This document shows positions 63,871-64,000 of a stretch of DNA of 64,000 nucleotides, piece after piece. The DNA is from Squalus acanthias (lineage: Eukaryota), in NCBI GenBank assembly GCA_030390025.1, contig CM059450.1, forward strand, positions 26,226,001 through 26,290,000, read 5' to 3'. The notes under the pieces were generated by a model, which saw only the letters and a program-made list of their open reading frames with translations, did not search any database and was not told where the DNA came from. The translations under genes and the position numbers were made by a program. Position 1 is the stretch's first letter, and the number at the start of each line of letters is the position of its first letter.

Positions 63871-64000
63871 TTTAGTTGCATTTCAAATAGCGCTTCCAGG
63901 CCGTCTCCCTGCCACCTCCACCCCCCGCCCACCCACACCACACCCCATGACTCGGTTGGCATGTGCACTGCCCCAGCTGGAACTGAGCCTAACAGACCCC

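Noticed and set aside
62929-64000. Distal exon of the small AHNAK isoform
   Set aside because: No recognisable exon here. If it exists, it lies beyond the window.

Overview
Eukaryotic (vertebrate) DNA, most likely from a shark or other cartilaginous fish, judged from its repeats: Deu-domain SacSINE1-type SINEs, an HE1/V-SINE, and CR1, L2, RTE and Penelope-like fragments. The window holds one + strand protein-coding gene, AHNAK (AHNAK1). Its CDS joins 40616..40769, 42209..42399 and 44874..62928: two small PDZ-like exons and one 18-kb exon, about 6130 aa once two single-base deletions (near 49823 and 51268) are repaired; these look like assembly errors. A probable 5'UTR exon lies at 38172..38278 and a possible first exon/promoter near 13.6 kb. 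The rest is TE-rich intergenic or intronic DNA, with a degenerate tRNA-Thr(AGT) copy and two minisatellites. I see no new multi-gene system. The most notable observations are: (1) a 194/196-aa AHNAK repeat, equal to a ~129-aa canonical-type unit plus a 65-aa extra module, arranged in higher-order arrays; (2) a duplicate of the donor site of the second coding exon, placed in the preceding intron; (3) tandem Pumilio elements just after the stop codon; (4) a young inverted duplication in intronic DNA; (5) a minimal hammerhead ribozyme in a Penelope-like fragment; (6) a recurring hairpin repeat family that I cannot name.
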